A stretch of 64,000 nt of DNA. Source: Cycas panzhihuaensis. Taxonomy: Eukaryota; Plantae; Cycadophyta. Shown here piece by piece: positions 13,530 through 25,963 of this stretch (position 1 is the first letter of the stretch; each line of letters starts with the position of its first letter). The notes below the pieces were generated by a model. It saw only the letters and a program-made list of their open reading frames with translations. It was not told the origin of the DNA and ran no database searches. The DNA lies in contig CM041465.1 of the NCBI GenBank assembly GCA_023213395.1, positions 164,307,741-164,371,740 on the forward strand, written 5' to 3'. The position numbers and the translations under genes were made by a program.

Positions 13530-14700
13530 TAATATTATTTGCACGTATTGGATCTTGCTCTATAGTGTTTAAAGGCTATCAACAAACAAAAAAAGGGCTC
13601 CATGGACTGTTGAAAATGTAGATTAAAGCATAAACAATGTTGCATACCTCCCAGCCAAGAGCCACTATTGCAGATCTGCGGAGAAAGATTGGATGCAATT
13701 GCATACAGCGACATGCAAGAACATGCAGCCCTAAAAATAGTGAATGGAATATTTGGAGCACTATAACACCCCAAGTGTAATGTGATCCCTTCCTAACCGA
13801 GGGCCATTGTTGCAAATCAGTGGGAAGCATGCAGCCACAAACAAACGTGGGAGCTCTGTGTAGAATGTGCAAGAATCTGTATTGCCCCGAGTCTGCTATG
13901 TTCCTCTGTTCCCAGATATTGCTCGACGATAAAGAGGGCCGCCTCCCACCAAAAGATCAATTCGCAGTCGAAGTGAGGACTGACCACCCACGAGTTTCCT
14001 GAATCCTCCCGAGCCAGAGAATAAAGAAGAAAGGCTGCTTGGCGAAGCTCCTCTGTGCCCAGCGGGGAGCTTGCGTGAGAAAGGCAACGACCAAACCGGA
14101 GAAGCGCTTTTATGGTTTGGTCGTTGCTCTTTATCCGTGGCATCTGTGTACTGATTCCTGTGTACTGCATTTATACGACCAGAGCCGAACTTAGTTGCAA
14201 ATTGCATGTCCCCGCTTGCCCGTTAGAACTTCATAGAGATGTTATTCGCTTCTAATTCTTGCCTTGAACTCTGCTCCCGGCTTGCTCGTTGGGATTTCAT
14301 GGAGACGTTATTCTGGCCTCGAAGGCTGCTATGGGATGAATGCCTTCACCTGATACGGGGGGTGATGTCGATTCTGTTAGCTCCCATGCGACCGCTCTCC
14401 TCGCTAATTCGTACATAGTGTTGTATAGTGCTCCACCTCAAATCCAATCCGTTCCAAGATGGGCTCGACTCCATGCAGTGATTAATTAAGCTACAATCTG
14501 CAATAAAAACTCACTTTTCCATGAGTGTCATCAGGCATTTTGCTCTTATCCCAATGTAGCAGACTCGGCCCAATAATTCAATAGAATAACAGGTATTTAG
14601 TAGTAAATTCAAGTTGCAACGGCACTCATGATGTACAATCTCTAAGAAAATACATATAAGAATTACACATTCCACGATAGTAGATCACAAAATGCCAAGG
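13530..14700 (-). other. CG-retaining gene-like island: possible promoter and 5' exons of a host transcript
   Basis: CG/CHG sites retained, unlike the flanking TEs; minus-strand TATAAAT at 14169-14175; TCTTTCTCCGCAG acceptor, 28-nt exon (13648-13675) and GTATGC donor. No protein recognised. Confidence 0.45.
14169..14175 (-). promoter_or_regulatory. Candidate TATA box
   Basis: TATAAAT on the minus strand in a GC-richer context, upstream of hairpins and splice-like sites. Confidence 0.35.
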
Positions 14701-15276
14701 GACTTAAGTGCATAGTCCAAAACTTAATCCATAATCGAAGAAAATAAAACTCAAAATTTTGTTCTAACATGAACTTCTCTTTTACTAGCTAAAGAAATAG
14801 CTTTATCTAGAGTTGACCAATTATTTAGTTCTTTATAGATTTTTATTAAGAAATATTATAAACTAAACATTAAATTTATTTAAAATCATATTTTTTCATA
14901 TTTTTGCCACAAATTTAAGGTTTTTAAGGGCATTGTACAATCTATGTATATATTAAGCCATACAACATCCTAAAATCAACTTCTTGTTGTTTCTAAGCTC
15001 GATTTTAGAAGTGTAAAACCATATGGGTAGATTCTACCCATACGACTAGAATTTAACCCTTCATGAGTTGTGGGGCCCACTCGATTGTTATTTAGTCTTG
15101 TACAAAACCCACACAACCATACAATTGTAGTAGAGCCATATAGTAACTCTATGGCAACTCATTTAAACAATTTCATCTTCCTACAATTAATCTCTAGACT
15201 TTAATTCATTTTTTGAATTAAAAAATATGAGTAAATAAAATTTTATTTCAACGTTTAAGTAAGAAAATATAACATA

Positions 15277-16660
15277 TGTAACTTAGTACCTTGACTACTT
15301 TGGTGCATACTGTTTATTGATTGAGAACTGGCGTAAGTTGTCTTGATGAAGTACTAATGAAGTAATTTGAGTTGTTTTTTATTCATCTTAACTCTTTACT
15401 TTAATGGTATTGTTCCACTAATGATGGCACAATCTTATGTTCTTACTATATACTTATATAGGAGAATTCTTGTCTTAGAGGGAGTCTCTACTAAGAACCT
15501 TTTTTCTTAATTGTCCAATAAGAAAGCACCTCTTATGCACCATTTTTAAGGGTGGACTTTATATCTTAACTTTTTAATGAGAGGTTTTCTTAATCTTTGT
15601 GCATCACTTTCTTGAGGGTCTTAGCTTTAATCACAATGTTATTAAGGAATTTTCCAACTTATGAAGAGTTTTGATCATCATCAATTAATTTTCTATCTTG
15701 TGACATCTCCCCCTACCTTGGGAAGATCATGGTCCTCAATGATCAATGGTCCTTTGGTGCAAAGGTGTGTATTTGTCATGTTGCTTCCTCAATGTGTTCT
15801 CTTATTTCTTCTTTGTTCGTATATCTAATGTTTCAACTCAACTCAGTAATCACCATATATTTTATTTCTTTTCTATGAAAGTGATACAAGCAAAACCATT
15901 TATCTTTTCATCACTTTAAGATGGTCTATAATATTATGATAACATCTAATGTATTTTTAAATTACATTTGTCTACCATGATTTTCTATTGATCATCTTCA
16001 CATCTTATTTTATATGCTACTTTGTTTATTTTTGGGGCATTTTAATCACTAAGCATTTTACTATCAACCTTGGAGAACCTTTCTTATAATCTTCCACATA
16101 TGTACAAGAGGACTTAATCTATGTTGAATTTCATCCATTTTTTTCCAAAATACATATTTAGTAGGAGAGAGTTTTTAATGCATATCTTGTTAATATACAT
16201 GTGTGTACCATGGATAATATTTCAAGACAACTTATGTTGTTAAGGATAAATATGGTCTCTCTAGCATTTTAGCTCAACTTAATAATCTTCTACCTTTTTT
16301 TCTCATTTCTTGTGATAGTTTATTACACCTTTGGATGGTTAGATTGAAATAAACTTATCCTATCTATTTCTCATAATTAATCCAAACTATTCATATGAAG
16401 ATGTATATTTATATGTTCCTTTTTTTCCCCCCTAAGGTAATGCCTAATATGAAATTCAAATAAGAGGGATGCAATTTTGTCCACCTTAAAATATTTCTTC
16501 CAATTTGCATGTAGTCTTTTTTATTCATTCTTCATTCTCTTCCTTATTTATGATATTTCCATATTCCACTTAATTATGACAATCCCTAATAATTTATCAG
16601 TGGGTTTGTTTCTTTTCTTTTTCCCTTTTTTTTTGCCTTGTAGTTGCTTGTTGCTACATG
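15277..16660 (-). mobile_element. Ty3/gypsy remnant (3' LTR ~15277-15705 plus decayed internal region)
   Basis: Minus strand TTGAGGACCATGATCTTCCCAAGGTAGGGGGAGA|TGTCACA reads as an LED..-type pol end, PPT and LTR start; an EEATW-like chromodomain remnant lies near 15780. Confidence 0.55.
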
Positions 16661-17811
16661 CAACCTAAGTATAATAGATCTTAAAAAAAAATCCATTATT
16701 CCATGTGAATGTAGGTAGATGAATTCTATTGGATAAGCATATGCATTCACAATTCTTATTTAGTTCACTTTGGTTTAAACTCATATCTACTATCACATTC
16801 AAGGGTTAATGAATGATTTTTAGACCTAAAGGTTTATGTGCTAGTTGTGGAGTTAGTTTTAAAGATATTGTGGGTTAAATGATTATTGAGTTTTGAGTTT
16901 AAGAACCTGCATTTGAGTTGGGTTTGGAGACATCAAACAATGAGGTAAATTATTTGTTAGGTATGATCTATGTTTAATTCAAAAATAAAAAATAAAACAT
17001 GGAGATTGTGAAAAATGTTGAGTACTAGATAATTAGATAATTCGCTAGTAGAATATTGTAAATGCTTGGGGTCTATTTATACTTCCTTGTTTTGTAAATT
17101 CAAATTTGTGCATTTAAATATTGTTGAAATTTTGAGGAGAAAAAGAAAGGGCTATGAAAGTTGTAGAGATTTGTGGAACACAATTATTAGGCCACGGGTC
17201 CATTTGAAGACTGTGGAAGTGCATTTTGAAAGTGTTAAAGATTAGAAGTTAGGGCACAATGCTAATTTGTCATGTGAAGAGTCCTAGTTAAGGATAAACA
17301 TGATTTATTAAGGGATTTAAATCCCAAAATTGATTGTAGTTACTGCTTGAGGAGTTTGAGGTTAGATGTAAGGGCATAGTGGTGAATTTCTTATGGTGTA
17401 GAGATTATAGCAATTATGTGAGACGTGAACACACTTGAAGTGCAGATCCATGGTGTGATAAGCCATTCCCAAAAGAGAAAAATGATATTCTAGTATGCAA
17501 CATCATTTCCCATTGATAGTTCAAAGCGAGAGCAAAATAAAGTCAAAGAAGATGGCACAATGGATGATTCTAAATTTAAAGAAGCTTGATCTTAATGCAT
17601 AAGGTAGTTACTAGATTTGTGTAAGATACCATTACCAAAAGATTCAATCAAAGGCAGATTCAATTTATTGTAGATATAATTTGTCACAAAATATTATTCA
17701 ACAAAAATTTAAAATTTAAAGGTGATCAAAACAAATTTTGATTTCTAAAGTTATATCACATCAAATCATTTTTTATAATTTTTTGGAATCTGATTTTTGA
17801 AAAGCAGTGAG

Positions 17812-18291
17812 TGAAAGAGGGAGGATTAGTCCTAGTTTAGACCTAGGTTCCAATCTCACTTACATGTACAATGCATAATATTCAATCAATAACATTTAAT
17901 AAACATTTCAACAAAGGAGGCAATGAATTACTCAAAAGTTCCAAAATAATCACTTTCATTAAATCTTAATGAAGATACATTACAAGATACATATTACAAA
18001 TAAAAGCCTCATATATACAAAAAAATAGGCAGTTACAAGAATCTTATGGAATAATAAATGTAAGACCATGTAATGTAACAATTAGTACCTTGCATAATTA
18101 AATCACATTTATATTATTTTAATGTTATGAGTAAAAGCACCCCCACACACATACACTCATAACATTAAGTTGTAACCTAACCTATTTATAATAATAACAC
18201 CCTCAACACAAATTAATTACAAGACATTACAAATGTACAATATAATTGATCATCTATGAATTAATAAATTCAATCATTAATTCTTATATCA
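17812..18291 (-). repeat. Copia B 3' LTR
   Basis: TGA...TCA, direct repeat of 24600-25079, adjacent to the PPT. Confidence 0.93.
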
Positions 18292-18319
18292 CCCTCCCTT
18301 AATGATGAGTTTATTAATT

Positions 18320-21300
18320 ATGACACCGAGGTCAAGCCAAAACCTTTTAAATTTGTCACGAGAGAGTAATTTTGTGAATATATTTGTTATCTAATCATTG
18401 GTAGGCTTGTAGACCAAATCTATTTCACCATCTATATATGTTCCCTAACGAAGTGATGGTAAACCTCGATGTGTTTTGTCTTAGCATGGAACACAAGATT
18501 CTTGGTCAATTTAAGAATACTTTGATTACCACATAACAGTTGTGTAGCTTGTGTCTAACTAATTCTAAGCTCTTTAAGAATCCTTCTAAGCTAGATAGCC
18601 TTAGTAGTTGCACTAACGACGATTTTATACTTAGCTTTAGTTGAAGGTAAAACAATATTAGACTGGTTTTTATAACACTATAAAGTTGTAATAAAACCCG
18701 AGTTAAAATAATAGCTTGAGGTTGATCTATGACTATCTTTACATCTAAGCCAATCTTCATCTATATAACCTATCAATAAAAGATTATCCATATAAAAGTA
18801 ATCAAGTCCAAATTAGAGAGTACTCGAAAGATATCTTAGGATCCTCATTATTGCTTTCCAATGTGATGTTTTGGGTTATATCATGAGCCTTAAGCATATT
18901 CCAACAACATATGCAATATCATATCAAGTATGAGTGAGGTAAATTAATTTCCCCACAAGTTGCCTATACAATGTAGAATCCATCAGTTTTCCATGCTTAT
19001 CAATGTCCAATTTTAGTCATATCTTCATAGGAGTTGGTGATGTTTTTTACTCTTCCATCCTAAATTTCTAAAGAATGTCCTTCGCATATTTAGACTATGA
19101 GAGGAAGATATGGCATAGCTTCTACCAAACTTCCATGCCAAGAAAGTAGTGTAGCAACCTAAGGCCAATCATCTCAAAGTTATTATTTAATTCTCCTTGG
19201 AGATTTGTAATCCACTCCATGTCATTATCAGTTATCAACATAAAGTAAAACTAGAATGATCGAACCATTATAAATTTTGATATATAGATTTGGGTCTAAA
19301 GATGAGTAAATGAGTTTATGCTTTTGAAAATATTCATCAATTTTTACTTACTAAGCATGAGATGATTTCTTAAGGCCATACGGGGCCTTTTTTGACTTAT
19401 AGACTAGGTACTATTTTCCTCAAATAATAAAGCTAGGAGGTTGATTTAAATATATTTTTTCTTGAAAATCACCATTCAAGAAGGCACTTTTTACATCCAT
19501 TTGATAAATAGGCTAATTGAATTGAGCTACAAGTGCCAAAACAAGCCTAACTATGGTTATATTGGTGACTGGTGTAAAAGTATCGTCATAATCAATATCT
19601 TCAATCTGCTTAAAATCTTTAGGGACCAAACGTTCTTTATATCGCTGAATAGAGCCATCAATATGAAATTTTGTTTTATAAATCCATCTATAATCAATAG
19701 GTTTCTTATTTTCAGGCAGCTCAACAAGCTTCCATATATCATTTTATAAAATGGAATCCATCTCTTCATTCATAGTTACTTGTTACTTTTAATCTATAAC
19801 AACTTCCTTAAAAGTGGCTAGTTAAATAGTTGATAACACTTTCGCTATTAAGGTGAAGTTAATAGATAACTTGTATTTTGATTGTCTCTTTATTTATTGA
19901 GGTAGTGAAGGAGCAAAAGAGATTGTCTGCATATATCATTTAAGTAACCACTTTGAAGTAGTCTCAATTCGGATGCCTTTTAAAAGATTGATTGGAGTTG
20001 ATGTAGATGTAGAGGTAGGTGGTATAGATGATGTACTATAATTATATGTTGATGAAGGAGGTATTTATTCTATAAGAACACTTTGAGAAGTAGGAGGAGC
20101 AGTAGGTGCTTTTTTATATTGTTCATCAAAGAATGAGATTTGTGTGATATCTAAATCTTGGTTCTCTTATAAGAAAATAACATCCTGATATGTATATATT
20201 TACTTGGTGGTAGGATCATATAGTTTGTACACTTTACGGCTAGGTTGATAACCAATAAATATACATTTTCTACTCTTATCATATAGCTTTTTCTTTTGTT
20301 TTTTTAGTATAAGCACATATGCTATACAACCAAAAGTGCATAAATATGAGACCATGGGCTTTTGACCTGACTAGGCCTCTTCATAAGTAATGTTCAATAT
20401 TGCCTTAGTTGGACTTATATTTATAAGAGAAAGAGTTGTATGAAGGGCTTCTACCCAAAATTGAAGTCCCAAATTCTTGGTAGAAAATATGGTTTTGCCT
20501 TTGCTAACCAAGGTCCAATTCATTCTCTTAACAACTCCATTTTGTTGAGGTATACAAGGGGTAGAAAATTGTTATTTAATACTATAATCCTTGTAAATTT
20601 GGGTGAATTCATTTGATATATATTCACCTCCATTATTACAACAAAGGATTTTGATTGGCTTTATAGATTTTAACTCAACGCCATGCCTGAATTCTTTAAA
20701 CTTGTCAAAAGCTTCTAATTGCTGCTTAAAAAAATATATCCATACTTTTTTGGAATAATCATCAATGAATGTAATGAAATAACTATAGCCTCCAAAGGAT
20801 ATTTATAATATGGACCCATAGATATTTGAATATACTAGGCCTAAAGGTTCCTTGTCACGCCAAGCTCTTCCATCTGACCTACATAAAGACCGATGATATT
20901 TCCCCATAATACAAGTCTCACAAATACATTCAGTCTACTTTATATTTGGTATGCCATGTACCATATTTAGTTTATAAAGCATATGAAGGCTATTCATGTT
21001 CAAGTGACCTAAGCATTAATGCTATAACTAGTCTTTTGGAAGTCTTTGAGTAACAAATGCTTTTGAAGTAAATTGATCATCTGAATAAGAAGTTAAAGCA
21101 CAAGGATCAGAAATGGAAGTTAAATTACTACAAGAACCAAATTCATGTGACTAGATCAAAGGTCTAATTACTACATCAAGCTTGTATAGTCCTTGATCTT
21201 CATATCCTGAGGTAATTATGTTTCCTTTCATATTTTTAATCAGGCATTTTCTAAGATGGCTAAACAAAACATCAAAGTTTTGCTTATTTATCTAGCTAAT

Positions 21301-22858
21301 AGATAGTAGATTATATGTCATCCCAGGTACCTAGAAAATATTGTTGAGATGATGTGGAGTACTTGAATTCTTTAATGGTATAGGAATATTGCCAATCTTT
21401 ATTACCTCTAAGATAGCATCATCTCCAAAAGTAACAGATTGATCCTGAATTAGTCTTATATTAGCGAGAAGTTCTTCTAAACTAGTCATATGTCGTAAGA
21501 CACCTGAATCGGTCAACCAAGATATATTAGAATGTTGAGCTATTAAAACAACAAAGAAGAGATTTTGAGAATTAGACATATGGCCTCCTTAATTTTGATT
21601 CTATCTTAGGTTGTGATTCCTATTCTATTGGTTACCTTAAGGAGCATTTTAAATTTGTCTTCTTAGTCCTTAATAATTAGGCTAATTTTATTTATGTGGT
21701 TCCTGATAATTACTGCATCCATGATTCTAATTACCTCATATGGTAGGGTGATTTAGAAACTTTTATTGTTGAAGGCTAGCTCTCTTTTTTTTATAATCAA
21801 GTGGAATATGTTTAGATTTGTTATAATAATAAAAAATAACCTAAGGATTATATGGTGGTTGAGGCTGATGTTGTTAATATAGGTTATAAATGTTGGCATA
21901 GAAGATGAAGCACCTTGATTACTTAATTAATTTTGAATGGATTCTTCTTGGAGCAATAGACCCTCAAACATATTAAAGTCAATAGTAGTAATTTAATCTA
22001 TATGTGACACACTAGATATGAAAGAATTATATCTAGGTGAAGGAAATATGGATCTAGGAGATAAATCACTCACATGTACAAAATGGTAATAGAGAATGAA
22101 AAAGAAAATGAAATAAGATATGAGAGCAAGCTTAGAAGTAAGAATAAATAATAACTCCCTCCTTGAAATTTTACCTTTTATTATTGAGGTTGAGCATTAT
22201 GATTAGGATTTTCCTACCTAATAACATAAACCCAAAATTACATCTAAATGCACATAAAATATATTTCATTAAGAGATTAACGCTAATAATATATCCTAAG
22301 GCCACATAATTAATCTACACAAATGGCCTTGATACATTAACCTCTTTCACTATGTGGTAAAACATTAACTATGCAAGATATGAGGTCATTATCATTTGGT
22401 GGCTAATACATCACTATTAACTTATTCTTAATCACTTTGATCTAGGACAAATGACCTGTAATAGATCCTATAAATGGAATGAAGTAAAGATGGGCTTTAA
22501 GCATTACTACCCTAACATTGTCCTTCCTCTCATAAAGTGTATAAATAATATTCCAAGCATCAGCAGAGGTAGGGGCTTATTCAATATTCTGGTCGATATT
22601 ATCTTTATAGGACATATATAAAAAGGAAAGGGAAACTTTATCAAATTCTTCAAAGAAAGTTACAACATCTAGATAAGGAGAAATGAGATTCAGAGGGTCA
22701 TTAGGACTTTCAATGGGAATTGGAATAAGAATTTTTCCAAAAACATAAGACCAAAGTTTATTTCTTATCAATACATTCTTGACTTATTTCTTCTAAGCTA
22801 AAAAATTATCACTACTAGAGAGTTTAATTATATTAGATGTAATTATTTGAAGTGCCAT
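18320..22858 (-). pseudogene. Copia B gag-pol, disrupted
   Basis: WLTDSGVLRHMT (protease, 21331-21579 ORF); TFIDDYSKKVWIYF (~20750); QMDVKSAFLNG (~19490); TKHIEVYHHF (~18465). Confidence 0.9.
22038..22349. mobile_element. Solo LTR inserted in copia B gag
   Basis: TGAA...TTCA, 312 bp, TSD CTAGG/CTATG; removing it restores the gag motif VNVLPHRYNSF. Confidence 0.75.
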
Positions 22859-24599
22859 GATGTCTAAAATATATATCCTATCTATTTATAAAGGTATGCT
22901 AAACTAAGATCTATGTCTCAGTGTCTCCAATCCTAATAACCTCTGATAGTTTAGATATTTTTTCCTAATGGCATATATGCTTATAAGTAGTAACTTAGGG
23001 ACCCAATATATCTAAAGGTACATAGGCACTATAGAAGGATCAATCACCCCCCTAATATTATTGACCCACTTATATCAGATTTACGACCTGAATAGTAGAT
23101 CCTCGTCTAAGGAAATACTTAACAACCAAGGTTCTCACCCCCTTTAGGCCTAGCCTGGTCTCCAAACTCTAAGGTTTCGGGGTATAACACCTCAGCCTAC
23201 TATTTAATACACATGATAACCAATGTTTTTCTCTATTATCTATAGATTTAAAAAAGGTCCACTAGCATATGTAAAGTGGTAGCTTCAAGGGTCTTAATCA
23301 TTCCTTTGTAACACTGGTAATTAGGTGGTTTAATTCAAGTATTATTTTTTTTATGTTTAAATTTTTTTTTCTTTATAATTAAAATTTAAAAATTTTATCT
23401 TTAAGTAGTAAAAATATGAAACAAAAAAAAAAACCTAAAAATTTAAAAAACTACCTATAACTGATTAAAAATTAGGCTTAAAAATGATTTAAAATGATTA
23501 AAAAAATTAAATTTAGGTTAGGGACCTTTATAAAAAATAGAATATTCTGTGAATATGATAATTTTTATAACCTAAAGTTTTTAAACTTCATAAAAAATAA
23601 AAATAAAATGATGAGATTTTAAAAAATGACAAAACAAAGTTGGATATAGAGGGTCAATTATCTCTCTTAGAGTTATGAAATTTTACTTTTATTCTTCTAA
23701 TAAGAAGATGACATAATTAAGATCAGTTTAAGCAGTTGTATGTCAAAGTTTCATCAACTAAATAGTAAACTGGAATAAGTTGAAGCCAATAATTTCACCC
23801 AAATCCACAATCTGCAATCAATCAAGCAAATTTTCTAATGAAAAAACATAGTTATAGCCTTTGTTTGCCTCTTAACCTCAATTAGTCTCACACCTAGATT
23901 GTAGGTTGTCAAATGCAAGCTTACACAGAGGTAACCGTTATGCAGTTAAAGAGAAGCAACATTGGCTTCATATAGAGGAGATCTGAGGATATATTATTTA
24001 TCACACTCCCACAAGAATACAATTGATTACTGTTATAGCCATAAATATATTTGCTAAGCATTATCATGCAGAGCTAGAATGATCACGTAATAAAGAGAAA
24101 CAAATGACAAGGAATGACATCCTTAAGAGAGGCAATGACTCATCAAAGCATATAAGGATAAGCTCAAACAAATGACAGCCAACACAAAAAATAAAGAACT
24201 TGTGCAAGCACGAAGAGAGGGGCATAACTCATACAAAAGAAAAAAAAAAGCTAACCACGTAAAGATTACAACCACAGCTTTATTTATCACTTGTACAGTC
24301 CCAATATGACTCAGATGACTTCCTCCAATGACATTGAACTTAGTTTCTACACATGTTCATGCTTGGAATACTTTAGAAGTAAATAGAATATTATCACATC
24401 ACAAGAATCACTTGTTTGATGTTAATCTTACATCTAAGGCTATTTTGGATTCAATACAAATCTTAGCAAAGCTTTATATAGCAAATAATATGAAAAGATG
24501 TTTATATCTATAGAGAGTTTTTAATGTTATAGAGTTAGTTACAACACAATGTTATGGAGCTAGCCCCAAAGGTAGGCTAAAAGCAGCTCTAATACCAAG

Positions 24600-25079
24600 T
24601 GAAAGAGGGAGGATTAGTCCTAGTTTAGACCTAAGTTCCAATCTCACTCACATGTATAATGCACAATATTCAATAAATAACATTCAATAAACATTTTCAC
24701 AAAGGAGACGATGAATTATTTAAAAGCTCCAAAATAATCACTTGCATTAAATCTCAATGAAGATATATTATAGGATACATGTTACATATAAAAGCCTCAC
24801 ATAACCAATAAAATAAGCAGTTACAAGAGGCTTATGGAATAATAAATATAAGATCATGTAAGGTGACAATTAGCACCTTACATGATTAAATCACACTTAC
24901 ATTGTTTTAATGTAATGAGCAAAAGTGCCCCCACAAACAGAGGCTCACAATAGTAAGTTGTGACTTAACCCATTTATAATAATAACACCGTCAACACAAA
25001 TTAATTACAAGACATTACAAATGTACAATACAATTCATCATTCATGAATTAATGAATTCAATCATTAATTCTTCTATCA
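24600..25079 (-). repeat. Copia B 5' LTR
   Basis: TGA...TCA, adjacent to the PBS. Confidence 0.93.
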
Positions 25080-25399
25080 GTAAGTCCCTAAACATGAAGC
25101 TCCCTAGTCACATGGAGAGATAAATAGCTAAAGTTTGTTTAGGCATATTTTAGTAGTCTAATTTAAAATTTGAGAATATAATCCTATCTAGAATTAATTT
25201 CTCTACATTTTAATAGTGGTCACATTTTTATATTCTAACATCTTGTGTCCTAACCAAGGTTGTATTATTTTTTTGATACTTTGTATAGTGACTAAAGACC
25301 CATAAACATAAAAAATAATAAAACAATCATTGTATATGGTGTGTTTGGGCTACCTAGTGCCTATTTTTATATTTGTTAGTGCCTATTCATAAAATAATA

Positions 25400-25963
25400 T
25401 TAGGTGAAAAATCAATTCAACTCTTAGAAATATAAGTTGGTTAGTGCAAAAAATTATGGCATGTAAAAGTCTAGAGGACCAACTTATTAAGAATGAATAA
25501 GTTGTAGATATATGTGGAAGGAAAGGTAACTAAGCTAGATGAAACTATTACCTCTACTCATAAAAGTGCTAAGTTTGAAGCCAAGAATGATTTTAACATG
25601 GGTTTGACTAACATGTTTATCAATATGATTCTAATGGAGAATGTAAGAAAGGCGAAGACACCTAAGAAGGCATCGAAAGCCATAACATTTATATTTGAGA
25701 TGATAAATGATACAAAGATATTTATTTTGAAAAATCAATTATACAATCTGAGAATAATTGGATCTATGGTTAAACTCTCTAAGAGGTATAAACAGTCTAA
25801 AATTACTTAGAGAATGTTAGAGAGACTATTCATGATAAATACATCATTATTGTTGTGTTGAGGAGTTTGTTAAAGAAATAAGAAAATTTTGTGATGAGTT
25901 TTATCCCCTCAAAAAAAAGTTAGGGAAATCTCATTTACTAAATTAAAAGCATTATTGTTGCAA
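25400..25963 (+). pseudogene. Copia C gag, N-terminal part
   Basis: KLVSAKNYGM*K, then ORF 25514-25810 with KAKTPKKA...LKNQLYNLR (UBN2-type gag). Confidence 0.8.

Larger units (their letters stand above)
17812..25079 (-). mobile_element. Full-length decayed Ty1/copia B
   Basis: Two 480-bp LTRs (17812-18291, 24600-25079); TSD GTGAG/GTAAG; tRNA-iMet-type PBS (TGGTATTAGAGC, 24586-24597); PPT 18292-18300. Confidence 0.95.

Noticed and set aside
13800-14130. Conserved miRNA (miR319/390/408), telomerase RNA or snRNA
   Set aside because: Only short partial matches; no mature miRNA sequence, USE element or telomere template seen.
13817-14207. ORFs of 117 and 103 aa in the island as real CDSs
   Set aside because: One ATG overlaps the candidate TATA box and the other lies upstream of it; both run through the hairpins and resemble no protein I know.
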